DNA of 64,000 nt, taken from contig DASZWD010000072.1 of the NCBI GenBank assembly GCA_035546775.1, forward strand, positions 121,021 to 185,020, read 5' to 3'. This document shows positions 55,283-64,000 of this stretch, piece after piece (the stretch's first letter is position 1; each line of letters starts with the position of its first letter). This DNA is from Acidimicrobiales bacterium. GTDB lineage: Bacteria > Actinomycetota > Acidimicrobiia > Acidimicrobiales > JACCXE01. The notes below the pieces were generated by a model. It saw nothing but the letters and a program-made list of their open reading frames with translations. It did no database searches and was not told the origin of the DNA. A program made the position numbers and the translations under genes.

Positions 55283-56484
55283 CCAGTGACCTGGAGTTCG
55301 GCCAATCCGCGCAGCGTCATGTTGGGCCGGTATACAAGATCGCCTGTGCGCTCCAGCTTGGGGAAGCGCTTGAGCAGCGCCGGGAAGGCCTCCTGGCCCT
55401 CCATGCGCGCCAGCATCGCTCCGAGGCAGAAGTGGATGCCGTTGCTGAACGCGATGTGGTTGTTGGGCGAACGCGTCAGCACGACCTCGTCGGGGCGTTC
55501 GAACGCTTCGGGGTCGCGGTTGGCTCCGGCCAGGAGCAGGATCGCCGGGTAGCCCTTTTGCAGTTTGTGGCCGGCGATCTCGACGTCGGTCAGCGCCGTG
55601 CGCTGCGTGAACTGCACCGGCGAGTCGTAGCGCAGGAATTCGTCGATCGCCGTTTTGGCCAGACCGTCGGGGTCGGCGGCGAACTCGTCGCGCACCGCCG
55701 GGAAGTTGCATAGCGCCAGGGTGCCGTTGCCGATGAGGTTGGAGGTCGTCTCGTGCCCGGCGACGAGCAGCAGGATCAGGTTGGCGAGCAGCTCGGCGTG
55801 CGTGAGCCGGTCCCCCTCTTCCTCCGCCGCGATCATCACGCTCACCACGTCGTCGGTCGGCGAAGCGCGGCGCTCCTCGATGAGTTCGTTGAAGTACTGC
55901 ACGAACTCCATCGCCGCCTGGATCGCCTGGCCGAAGTCGGCCTCGGCGAGGTTGGTGTCCGGGTCGATCATGCGCGCCAGGTGGACGGACCAAGCGGCGA
56001 ACCGGTCACGGTCGGCGACGGGCACCCCGAGCAGCTCGGCGATGACGAAGACGGGCAGCGGACGCGCCAGCACGTCCATCACGTCGAACTCGTCGCCGGG
56101 ACCGATGCCGGCAAGCAGTTCGTCGACCAACGCCCGCACCCGCGGCCGCCAGCCCTCGACGGCCTTGGGCGTAAAGGCGTGCTGCGCCAGCCGGCGCAGC
56201 CGCGTGTGATCCGGCGGGTCCGAGAAGAGCATCACCTTGCCGCCGAGGAACCCGCCCATCTCGGCCTGGCCGCTGGTGGCGTTGGCCATCAACTCGGGCG
56301 CCATGTTCGACGAGTCGGAGCTGAAGCGCTCGGCGTCACGCAGGACGGCGAGGCAGTCGGCATGGCGTGACAGGAACAGCTCCTGGTATTCAGGCCCCTG
56401 CCACACCGGCGCCTCTTCCCGCATCTGCTTGTAGACGGGATACGGGTTCGCCCGGTTCTCCGGGTTGAACGGGTCGTAGATCAT
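55279..56484 (-). CDS. cytochrome P450
   Basis: I-helix AGHETT, EFLRYDSP (ExxR) and heme loop FSNGIHFCLGAMLARME. 401 aa. Confidence 0.93.
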   Translation of the reverse strand: MIYDPFNPENRANPYPVYKQMREEAPVWQGPEYQELFLSRHADCLAVLRDAERFSSDSSNMAPELMANATSGQAEMGGFLGGKVMLFSDPPDHTRLRRLAQHAFTPKAVEGWRPRVRALVDELLAGIGPGDEFDVMDVLARPLPVFVIAELLGVPVADRDRFAAWSVHLARMIDPDTNLAEADFGQAIQAAMEFVQYFNELIEERRASPTDDVVSVMIAAEEEGDRLTHAELLANLILLLVAGHETTSNLIGNGTLALCNFPAVRDEFAADPDGLAKTAIDEFLRYDSPVQFTQRTALTDVEIAGHKLQKGYPAILLLAGANRDPEAFERPDEVVLTRSPNNHIAFSNGIHFCLGAMLARMEGQEAFPALLKRFPKLERTGDLVYRPNMTLRGLAELQVTG

Positions 56485-56672
56485 GTGTGTCGTTCCCTTC
56501 GCACTACCGCGAACGTCCCAGCCGCGAACGCGAGCGAAATTACCGCGAGCACGAGGTGGACGGCGATGAAAGCGACACCGCCATGCTTGAACACGTTGCG
56601 GATGAACACGACCCAGACGAAGATCGTCCAGACGGCGAAGGCCCGAAGGAAGGTGGCGGAGCGCAGTTGCAT
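56481..56672 (-). CDS. small two-TM membrane protein (SCO4848-like)
   Basis: 63 aa. FLRAFAVWTIFVWVVFIRNVFKHG...AVHLVLAVISLAFAAGTFAVV. ATGA overlap with the P450 gene. TAGCGT lies 6 nt upstream of the ATG. Confidence 0.6.
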   Translation of the reverse strand: MQLRSATFLRAFAVWTIFVWVVFIRNVFKHGGVAFIAVHLVLAVISLAFAAGTFAVVRRERHT

Positions 56673-56857
56673 GCCCGCACGCTACGGCGCGGGAGCGTGA
56701 TTCAACTACGACGCTGTGACTGGCGAAGCTTGAAGCGCGCCTGCCGGCGCTTGACTGCCTGCGTCCCGCCGCTGCGGACGTTGATCGGTAATCCGGCGTG
56801 CTTCGCTTCGAGACGCAGCGCCGCGAGGCGCCGCGCCAACCATTGCGCGCGGATGGT

Positions 56858-57235
56858 TCAGTCCTCGAATGCCACGCGCGGGACGTCGCCCCAGAGGCGT
56901 TCGAGGTCGTAGAACTCGCGTGCCTCGTCGAGGAAGATGTGGGCGATCCAGTCGCCGAAGTCCATGAGGACCCAGCGGGCGTCGTCGAGCCCTTCGATCG
57001 AGCGCGGTCCGTTGCCGCCGGCGCGCTTGACCCGTTCCTCGATCTCCTCGCAGATCGCCCGCACGAGCCGATCGTTGGGAGCCGACGCGATCACGAAGTA
57101 GTCGCACAGACCGAGGACCTTGCTGACATCAAGGATGACCGGGTCGGTCGCCTTCTTGTCCGACGCGGCGCGCGCCGCCTCGAGCGGGAGGGCCGGACTG
57201 GCTTCAGTGGGATTCGGACGCGTCAAAACAGGCAC
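56858..57235 (-). CDS. rsfS: ribosome silencing factor RsfS
   Basis: 125 aa. DPVILDVSKVLGLCDYFVIASAPNDRLVRAI...WVLMDFGDWIAHIF. AAAGGAG lies upstream of GTG 57235. Confidence 0.9.
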   Translation of the reverse strand: MPVLTRPNPTEASPALPLEAARAASDKKATDPVILDVSKVLGLCDYFVIASAPNDRLVRAICEEIEERVKRAGGNGPRSIEGLDDARWVLMDFGDWIAHIFLDEAREFYDLERLWGDVPRVAFED

Positions 57236-57364
57236 GAGGTACGGGGCTCCTTTCGCAGGACGGACGGATGACGACGGGCGTAGCGCTCACAGCGTGACGC
57301 CCCGGTGGGCGCCGGACGACTGAATTTGGGTGGTGCTACGCACCAACAGGGGAAAGTCCCGTGG

Positions 57365-57952
57365 TCATCTGGCTCCAGCGTACCGCCCGTGTTTGCGTAC
57401 CACGCGCATCGCGGCCGCCGGCACGAGACCGTCGACGGGCAAGCCGGCCGCCATGCGCTGGCGCACCAGCGAGGACGACACGTCGATCGACGGGACGTCG
57501 ACCACTTCCACCTTCCAGCCGGGCACGTCGACGACCTCGTCGAAGCGCGGCCGGTTCACCACGACGAGGGTGACGAGCGCTCGCAGGTCCTCGACGCGAT
57601 GCCATGTGTCAAGCTGCTTCGCCGCGTCGTAACCGACGACGAGGAACAACTCGCCCGTGGGGTCGAGCGCCTTGAGCTCCTCGACGGTGTCGATCGTGTA
57701 GGTCGGTCCGCCCCGGTCGACTTCACGGGCATCGGCGGTGATCGCCGGCAGCTCGATGTCGTAGATCGCTGCCTGCACCGCGGCGTAGCGCTCGGCGGCC
57801 GGCGCCACCGGCGGCGGGTCTTTCTGCCAGGGGTCGCCGGCGACGATCACGTGCATCTCGTCGAGCCGCAACGCGTGGTGCACCGTCGTCGCCACCACGA
57901 TGTGGCCGACGTGAATCGGATCGAACGTCCCGCCGAAGAGGCCGATGCGCAT
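57365..57952 (-). CDS. nadD: nicotinate-nucleotide adenylyltransferase
   Basis: MRIGLFGGTFDPIHVGH... 195 aa. The start abuts the stop of the upstream LLM gene. Confidence 0.92.
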   Translation of the reverse strand: MRIGLFGGTFDPIHVGHIVVATTVHHALRLDEMHVIVAGDPWQKDPPPVAPAAERYAAVQAAIYDIELPAITADAREVDRGGPTYTIDTVEELKALDPTGELFLVVGYDAAKQLDTWHRVEDLRALVTLVVVNRPRFDEVVDVPGWKVEVVDVPSIDVSSSLVRQRMAAGLPVDGLVPAAAMRVVRKHGRYAGAR

Positions 57953-58882
57953 TTACGTCCCGGCGAGTTTGGCGACGACGGGCGCGAACGCGTCCATGGC
58001 GTCGCCCTGGACCACGATGTCGTTGAAGCCGAACTCCTCGCGGCGCTTCTGGAGCGACTCGACGATCTGGTCGACGGTGCCGACCATGGCCAGGGGGATG
58101 TCGGCCGCCTCTTCGGGCGTGACGCCGAACAGCGGGGCGATGTTCGCGAGCACTTCGTCGCGGTTGTCGACGACCTGGGTCATGAACGTGAGCACCTGGA
58201 GATCGAGGGAGTCGAAGCGGTCGCCCGCCGCGTCGCGGATCCACTGCATGCGCTCCCGGTACACGTCGCCCATCGCCGACTTGGCCGTCTCGGCGTCGAC
58301 CGCGCCCGAGCGCAGGTTCGGGTTCACACCGATCGTGTCGGCCATCTGCGCCGCGATGGTCAGCACCTTCTTGCCGCCACCGCCAATGAGGACGGGCGGG
58401 CCGCCCGGTGTGCTCGGCCGCGGGAAGCCCTGCGCGTTGGTGATCGTGTAGTGCTCGCCGTTGAAGGTGCACGTGCCGTCGGCCCACAGCGCCTTCATGA
58501 TCGTCAGCGCTTCTTTCATGCGGTTGATGCGCGTGCCCGGCGAGTCGTACGCGATGCCCGACTCGTCGTAGTCGGTCTTCATCCACCCGGCGCCGAAGCC
58601 AAAGATCACGCGGCCGGGGAAAGCGACGTCGAGCGTCGCCACTTCCTTCGCTTGGGTGATCGGGTGGCGGTAGTCCACGTCGTAGACGAGGGCGCCCACG
58701 CGCAGGCTCTGCGTCACTTCCGCCGCGATCGTCATGGCGATCGTCGGCGACCACTGATCACCGAAGTGGTCCGGCAGATACAGCGTCGTGTAGCCGAGGT
58801 CCTCGGTCTTGCGAGCGAGATCGCGCCAGGCGTTCCCGTCTGAAGCCGCGTGGTGTTGCACACTGAAACGAAATGGACGCAT
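57953..58882 (-). CDS. LLM-class F420-dependent oxidoreductase
   Basis: 309 aa. MRPFRFSVQHH...LGYTTLYLPDHFGDQWSP...FGFGAGWMKTDYDESG. TAGATT lies 6 nt upstream of the ATG. Confidence 0.85.
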   Translation of the reverse strand: MRPFRFSVQHHAASDGNAWRDLARKTEDLGYTTLYLPDHFGDQWSPTIAMTIAAEVTQSLRVGALVYDVDYRHPITQAKEVATLDVAFPGRVIFGFGAGWMKTDYDESGIAYDSPGTRINRMKEALTIMKALWADGTCTFNGEHYTITNAQGFPRPSTPGGPPVLIGGGGKKVLTIAAQMADTIGVNPNLRSGAVDAETAKSAMGDVYRERMQWIRDAAGDRFDSLDLQVLTFMTQVVDNRDEVLANIAPLFGVTPEEAADIPLAMVGTVDQIVESLQKRREEFGFNDIVVQGDAMDAFAPVVAKLAGT

Positions 58883-60066
58883 CTACGCAATCTAGGTCGA
58901 CGTGGCTCACCCGCAACTTGGTGGTGCTTTCGGTCGTCAGCTTTCTTCAGGACGCGGCGAGCGAACTGCTCTACCCGGTGCTGCCGATCTTCCTCCGCAC
59001 CGTGCTCGGCGCGCCTGTCGCCGCCATCGGCGCCATCGAGGCCGTCGCCGAAGGCATCGCCGCCGCGGCGAAATACGTCGCCGGTCGCGTGGCTGATCGC
59101 GTGCAGCCACGGCGCATCGTCGGGCTCGGCTACGGGCTCGCCGCCGCCGGCAAGCTCGTCGTCGCCGCCGCGGGTGCGTGGCCCGTCGTCATGCTCGGCC
59201 GCGGCGTCGACCGCCTCGGCAAGGGCATCCGCGGCGCGCCCCGCGACGCGCTGCTGGTCGACGACATCCCCGTCGAGGCGCGCGGCCGCGCGTTCGGCGT
59301 GCACCGCACCGCCGACACCGCCGGCGCGGTGATCGGCCCGCTGATAGGGCTTGGCCTGTACGAACTGCTGCACCACCACATCCGGCCGCTGCTGTGGATC
59401 GCGGTCATCCCCGCCACGTTGAGCGCGCTCACCGTCGTGTTCGCCAACGACTCGCACGTCGTGGCGCGTGTCAAGGACGCGCGGGCCGCGGGCCGCGAGC
59501 GACCAGATGTGAAGATTCCCGCCAGCGCCAAGCGCGTGATCATCGCCGTGACGGTCTTCAGCCTCGTCAACTTCCCCGACGCGCTGATCATCCTGCGGGC
59601 CAACGAACTCGGTCTCAGCCTCGGCCTCGTGATCCTCGCGTACGCGTTGTACAACGTGAGCTACGCCGGCTTGTCGTATCCCTTCGGTGCACTCGCCGAC
59701 CAACTGTCGTCCAACGTCGTGTACGCCATCGGCCTCGTATGTTTCGCCGTCGGCTACTTCGGCCTCGGTCTTGTCACCAAGAGCTACTGGGTGTGGCCGC
59801 TGTTCATGATCTACGGCGGCTTCCAGGCGGCGACCGACGGCGTGGGCAAGTCGTGGGTGAGCAAACTCGTCCCCAACGAGGTGCAGGGTCGCACGCAGGG
59901 CACGCTGCAAGCCGCCACCGGCGGCGCCGTGTTGATCGCCGGGTTGTGGGCCGGTTTCGCCTGGCACGACAACGGCCGCGTCCCGCTGATGATCTCCGGC
60001 GTCGTGGCCCTCGCTGCCGCCGCCTACGTGGCCACCGCGTTGCCGGCACGGCGCCTGCCGGCGTAG
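58873..60066 (+). CDS. MFS transporter
   Basis: 397 aa with 12 predicted TM segments. The loop motif GRVADRVQPRRIVGLG is of the MFS type. Confidence 0.85.
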   Translation: MDASTQSRSTWLTRNLVVLSVVSFLQDAASELLYPVLPIFLRTVLGAPVAAIGAIEAVAEGIAAAAKYVAGRVADRVQPRRIVGLGYGLAAAGKLVVAAAGAWPVVMLGRGVDRLGKGIRGAPRDALLVDDIPVEARGRAFGVHRTADTAGAVIGPLIGLGLYELLHHHIRPLLWIAVIPATLSALTVVFANDSHVVARVKDARAAGRERPDVKIPASAKRVIIAVTVFSLVNFPDALIILRANELGLSLGLVILAYALYNVSYAGLSYPFGALADQLSSNVVYAIGLVCFAVGYFGLGLVTKSYWVWPLFMIYGGFQAATDGVGKSWVSKLVPNEVQGRTQGTLQAATGGAVLIAGLWAGFAWHDNGRVPLMISGVVALAAAAYVATALPARRLPA

Positions 60067-60083
60067 TTGGCAATGATGACCGC

Positions 60084-61049
60084 GTGACCGAAGCAAGACA
60101 GGCGCGGACGCGCGTCCGCGATGCGATCGCGACGCACCCATGGGTGTGCCGAACCCTCGCCGGCGCGGCGCGCTACGGAGGCGCGCGTTCGGCGGCGGCG
60201 AAGCTGCGTCAGCTCAGTCTTGATCTCGTCACCGTTTCGGTACCGGAGGTCGCCACCGGCGGCGTGCGGGTGACGGTCCGGCTGCCAGGTCGCGCCGGTC
60301 GGGATCAGATCGCGACCGCCCTGCGCGAGTCCGGATGGACCGGCTTCGAGCCACCGATGCCGACGGTGTTCGCCGCCTGCGCAGCAACGTTTCCCGGCGT
60401 GGTCTACGACATCGGAGCCAATACCGGCTTCTACTCCGTCGTCGCCGCCCGCGTCGCGCGTGCCAACAAGGTGGTGGCCTTCGAGCCGTTCCCGCCGGTA
60501 CTGGCCAATCTGAAATCGACGCTGCGCGTCAACCGATGCTCCGACCGCGTCCACGTCGAACCAGCCGCCCTCAGCAGCGCGCCCGGCGAGGCGACGTTGT
60601 ACGTGCCCCTGCAAGACCACGGCCTCGTCGAGACGAGCGCCACGCTCTCCGCCAGCTTCAAAGAGGAGTACAGCGACGCCATCGACGTGCGGGTGCTCAC
60701 GCTCGACGCCTATGACGAGTCGGCGAGCCCCGGCCGGGCCACGCTTTTGAAGATCGATGTCGAGAGCATGGAGGCATCCGTCCTGCGCGGCGCCCTGCGG
60801 ATACTCAAGACCCATCGCCCGATCGTGTTCTGCGAGGTGCTGCCGAGCGGGGACGCCAAGGCGATCGACGCCATCCGCCAACAGGTCCGCTACACCGACA
60901 TCCGGTTGCACGCCGACGCCGCGTTCATCGGTTCCGACGTCAGCTTCGACCCCGCGGGATGGAACCATTTGCTCGTTCCCGACGAGAAGCTCGAACGGGT
61001 CGAGCCCCTCCTCACGCGGTGCGGCCTCACGTTGGAGCGGGCTGAGTAG
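60084..61049 (+). CDS. FkbM family methyltransferase
   Basis: [17 protein letters not shown]...AFEPFPP...[19 protein letters not shown] 60084; the upstream part of track ORF 59178.. overlaps the MFS gene in another frame. Confidence 0.8.
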   Translation: MTEARQARTRVRDAIATHPWVCRTLAGAARYGGARSAAAKLRQLSLDLVTVSVPEVATGGVRVTVRLPGRAGRDQIATALRESGWTGFEPPMPTVFAACAATFPGVVYDIGANTGFYSVVAARVARANKVVAFEPFPPVLANLKSTLRVNRCSDRVHVEPAALSSAPGEATLYVPLQDHGLVETSATLSASFKEEYSDAIDVRVLTLDAYDESASPGRATLLKIDVESMEASVLRGALRILKTHRPIVFCEVLPSGDAKAIDAIRQQVRYTDIRLHADAAFIGSDVSFDPAGWNHLLVPDEKLERVEPLLTRCGLTLERAE

Positions 61050-61092
61050 CAACCGCTTTGCCATCGCGGCCCCGGGCGGCGAACATTGTTCT

Positions 61093-62439
61093 GTGACGAC
61101 GAAGGCCTGGACGCCCGCGAGCTGGAAAGACAAACCAGCAAAGCAGCAGCCCACGTGGCCTGACGCCGCCGCGCTCGCCGAAGCGGAGAAGACCCTCGCC
61201 GGGCTACCGCCGCTGGTGTTCGCCGGCGAGGCCCGGGGTCTGCAGCGCCAGCTGGCGCAGGTGGCGGCGGGCGACGCCTTCGTCCTGATCGCCGGCGACT
61301 GCGCCGAGTCGTTCCACGAGTTCTCGGCGGACAACATCCGGGACAAGATGAAGGTCATCCTCCAGATGGCCGTCGTGCTCACGTACGGCTCCGGTGTGCC
61401 CGTCGTGAAGATCGGCCGTATGGCCGGCCAGTTCGCCAAGCCGCGCTCGGCCGACTTCGAGACGGTCAACGGTGTCGAGCTGCCGAGCTTCCGCGGCCAC
61501 AACGTCAACGACGACGCCCCGACACTCGAAGCCCGCCTGCCCGACCCGCAGCGCCTCATCCAGGCGTACCACCAGTCGGCGTCGACGCTGAACCTCGTGC
61601 GCGCCTTCGCCACCGGCGGCTTCGCCGACCTGTCGCAGGTGCACACCTGGAACCAGCAGTTCGTGGCGTCGTCGGCCGAGGGCCAGCGCTACGACCAGGT
61701 GGCGGCCGAGATCGACCGCGCCATGCGGTTCATGCGCGCCTGCGGTATCGACCTCACCGCCGAGTCGGCGCTGCACCAGGTCGACTTCTTCACCAGCCAC
61801 GAGGCGCTCGTGCTGCCCTACGAAGAGGCGCTCACCCGCAAGGACTCCCTCACCGGCGACTACTACGACTGCTCGGCGCATTTCGTGTGGATCGGCGAGC
61901 GCACGCGTGAACTCGACGGCGCCCACGTGGAGTTCTTCCGCGGCATCAAGAACCCGATCGGCGTGAAGATCGGTCCGGCCGCCGATCCCAACGACGTCGT
62001 GGCGTTGTGCCGGGTGCTGAATCCCGACAACGAGCCGGGCCGGCTCACGCTCATCACGCGTCTCGGCGCCGACCACGTGAGCGAGCACCTACCGCGTCTG
62101 CTCGACGCGGTGCACGAGGTCGACGCGTCGGTCGTGTGGGTGTGCGACCCGATGCACGGCAACACGTTCACGTCCTCCACGGGCCACAAGACGCGCCACC
62201 TCGAGTCGATCCTCGCCGAGGTCGAGACCTTCTTCTCCGTCCACCGCGCCCACGGCACCTGGCCTGGTGGCATCCACGTCGAGTTGACGGGCGACAACGT
62301 CACCGAGTGCCTCGGCGGTTCCGACGTCGTCGCCGAAGGCGACCTCGCCACCAACTACACGACGATGGTCGACCCCCGCCTCAACGCCCGGCAGTCGCTC
62401 GACTTGGCGTTCCGCGTCGCCGAACTACTCCGCCTCTAG
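61093..62439 (+). CDS. aroG: class II 3-deoxy-7-phosphoheptulonate (DAHP) synthase
   Basis: GTG 61093. [20 protein letters not shown]-terminus, then IAGDCAESF and [14 protein letters not shown]. 448 aa. Confidence 0.92.
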   Translation: MTTKAWTPASWKDKPAKQQPTWPDAAALAEAEKTLAGLPPLVFAGEARGLQRQLAQVAAGDAFVLIAGDCAESFHEFSADNIRDKMKVILQMAVVLTYGSGVPVVKIGRMAGQFAKPRSADFETVNGVELPSFRGHNVNDDAPTLEARLPDPQRLIQAYHQSASTLNLVRAFATGGFADLSQVHTWNQQFVASSAEGQRYDQVAAEIDRAMRFMRACGIDLTAESALHQVDFFTSHEALVLPYEEALTRKDSLTGDYYDCSAHFVWIGERTRELDGAHVEFFRGIKNPIGVKIGPAADPNDVVALCRVLNPDNEPGRLTLITRLGADHVSEHLPRLLDAVHEVDASVVWVCDPMHGNTFTSSTGHKTRHLESILAEVETFFSVHRAHGTWPGGIHVELTGDNVTECLGGSDVVAEGDLATNYTTMVDPRLNARQSLDLAFRVAELLRL

Positions 62440-62535
62440 TGACTTCGTGCGGGAGCGCGGAATGTTGAGCGAATAGGTCGGGTTTTAGTACGCTGACTCG
62501 TCCACCTCGCACGCCCGAGGAAGGAACCCTCTCCT

Positions 62536-64000
62536 ATGACCATCGCTGAGCATCCCGTCATCTCCGACCCGCTGATCGCCAGGGACGTCGCTCGCTTCGA
62601 AATGGAGCTCGAGCGCTACCTCGCCAACGGCACCGACGACGACCGCTTCCGGGTGTTCCGCCTCGGCAACGGCATCTACGGCCAGCGCCAGGGCGGCACC
62701 AACCAGATGGTGCGGGTGAAGATCCCCTACGGCGGGATCAGTCCCGAGCAGCTCGAGATGATGGCCCACATCGCGGATACGTACTCGCGTGGTTGGGGCC
62801 ACATCACCACGCGTCAGAACATCCAGTTCCACTTCGTCGAGCTGACCCGCGTGCCCGCCGTGCTGCGCGACCTCGGTTCGGTCGGCATGACGACGCGCGA
62901 GGCGTGCGGCGACACCGTGCGCAACGTCATGGGCTGCCACCTCGCCGGGGCCTGCCCGTTCGAAGTGCTCGACATCACGCCGTGGGCCGAGGCGACCTTC
63001 CGCTACTTCGTTCGCCACCCCTACGCCCAGCGCCTCCCGCGCAAGTTCAAGATCAACTTCTCGGGCTGCGCCACCGACTGCGGGCAGGCGATGTTCAACG
63101 ACGTCGGCGTCGTCGCCGTCGGTCGACCGCTGCCCGACGGCACCGTCGAGAAGGGCTTCCGCGTCTTCATCGGCGGCGGCCTCGGGGCCAACCCACACCC
63201 GGCGATCGCCCTCGAGGACTTCACGCCGCGCGACGACCTGCTCGCCACCATCGAGGCCGTCCTGCGGACCTTCGACCACTACGGCAACCGCGACAACAAG
63301 CTGCGCGCCCGCCTGAAGTGGGTCATGGACCAGATGGGCCCCGACGAGGTGAAAGAGCGCGTCCTCAAGGAGCGTCGCTTCCTCATCGGTTCGGTCGGTT
63401 ACCCCGGCGGCGTGCCGGCCCACGTAGTCGACGTCGGCGACGACCCGGCGGGCATGGCCACGGGCGTCGAGGCCGACTCGGTCGGCTACACCGGCGGTGT
63501 CTCGGTCACGATCAACGGCACGAATCCCTTCACGCGCTGGGAGCAGGCGAACGTGATCCGCGGCAACGCCAAGGGCACCGTGTCGGCCATCGCCTACGCC
63601 CGCCTCGGCGACGTGACCAGCGAGCAGTTCCGCGCCCTCGCCAACATCCAGCGCGAGTTCAACGCCTCGGTCCGGTTGACCAACCGCCAGAACATCGCGT
63701 TCCGTGACCTGACCGAAGAACAGATCCCGCAGCTCTACGAGCGCCTCGCCGCCATCGGGATGGCCGAGCCGGGTGCTGAGCTCGCCCGCGACGTCGTGTC
63801 GTGCCCCGGCGCTGACACCTGCAACCTCGCGGTGACGCAGTCGCGTGGGCTGGCCGACGCCATCGGCGTCGCCCTGGAAGAAGCCGGTCTCGGCGACGTC
63901 GGCGGCATCCGCATCAACATCTCGGGCTGCACCAACTCGTGCGGCCAGCACCACGTGGCCGACATCGGCTTCATGGGTGTCGAGCGCCGTGCCCACGGGC
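62536..64000 (+). CDS. sirA: ferredoxin-dependent sulfite/nitrite reductase (siroheme-[4Fe-4S]), 5' part; continues beyond window
   Basis: Not in the ORF track because there is no stop in the window. My translation from ATG 62536 (GAGGAAGGAA upstream) reads MTIAEHPVISDPL...TTRQNIQFHF...CPGADTCNLAVTQSRGL...ISGCTNSCGQHH. The antisense track ORF 62485..63996 is an artefact. Confidence 0.9.
   Translation, partial: MTIAEHPVISDPLIARDVARFEMELERYLANGTDDDRFRVFRLGNGIYGQRQGGTNQMVRVKIPYGGISPEQLEMMAHIADTYSRGWGHITTRQNIQFHFVELTRVPAVLRDLGSVGMTTREACGDTVRNVMGCHLAGACPFEVLDITPWAEATFRYFVRHPYAQRLPRKFKINFSGCATDCGQAMFNDVGVVAVGRPLPDGTVEKGFRVFIGGGLGANPHPAIALEDFTPRDDLLATIEAVLRTFDHYGNRDNKLRARLKWVMDQMGPDEVKERVLKERRFLIGSVGYPGGVPAHVVDVGDDPAGMATGVEADSVGYTGGVSVTINGTNPFTRWEQANVIRGNAKGTVSAIAYARLGDVTSEQFRALANIQREFNASVRLTNRQNIAFRDLTEEQIPQLYERLAAIGMAEPGAELARDVVSCPGADTCNLAVTQSRGLADAIGVALEEAGLGDVGGIRINISGCTNSCGQHHVADIGFMGVERRAHG

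Noticed and set aside
62461-62500. A TTGAGC ... TAGTAC promoter for the sulfite reductase gene.
   Set aside because: The spacer is only 15 nt and the -10 candidate lacks the terminal T. This is too weak to call without TSS data.

Overview
This is a very GC-rich, gene-dense chromosomal segment with clear Actinomycetota signatures. These include a mycothiol S-conjugate amidase, four LLM/F420-type oxidoreductases, a SigK/RskA-type ECF pair, and an ImuA'-ImuB plus DnaE2 SOS mutasome with TCGAAC-N4-GTTCGA boxes. HrcA/CIRCE, a class II DAHP synthase and many apparently leaderless starts point the same way. I support 68 protein-coding genes (two cut by the window edges), three operator sites, one promoter, one intrinsic terminator and a two-copy 49-nt palindromic element. 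I saw no rRNA, tRNA, CRISPR array, transposase or prophage gene. Many long track ORFs are antisense or alternate-frame artefacts of the GC content, and many track starts lie too far upstream. I re-set starts using 4-nt stop/start overlaps (GTGA/ATGA/TTGA), family N-terminal motifs and a recurrent TANNNT hexamer 6-8 nt upstream of start codons. The most noteworthy observations are: (1) An eight-gene minus-strand string (28583-23350) opens with a His-rich ORF coupled to a DivIVA-domain::Mca fusion ORF. After a single UGA comes an in-frame SCP2-like ORF, then a cupredoxin, two Tat ferritin-like proteins sharing a His/Met N-terminal motif, and an ECF sigma/anti-sigma pair. (2) A 49-nt hairpin element occurs twice with a compensatory base-pair change. 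(3) The SOS mutasome is split, with LexA boxes abutting leaderless -10 elements and with NUDIX and DinB-like genes inserted. (4) An ICL/PEPM-like gene, a Tat-signal plus LAxTG-anchored phospholipase C and a lipase form one operon. (5) An SLC41-like tandem MgtE sits next to a PhoU/RCK_C protein. (6) A 480-bp stretch (42788-43267) is unexplained. All functional calls come from reading the translations; no database search was possible.
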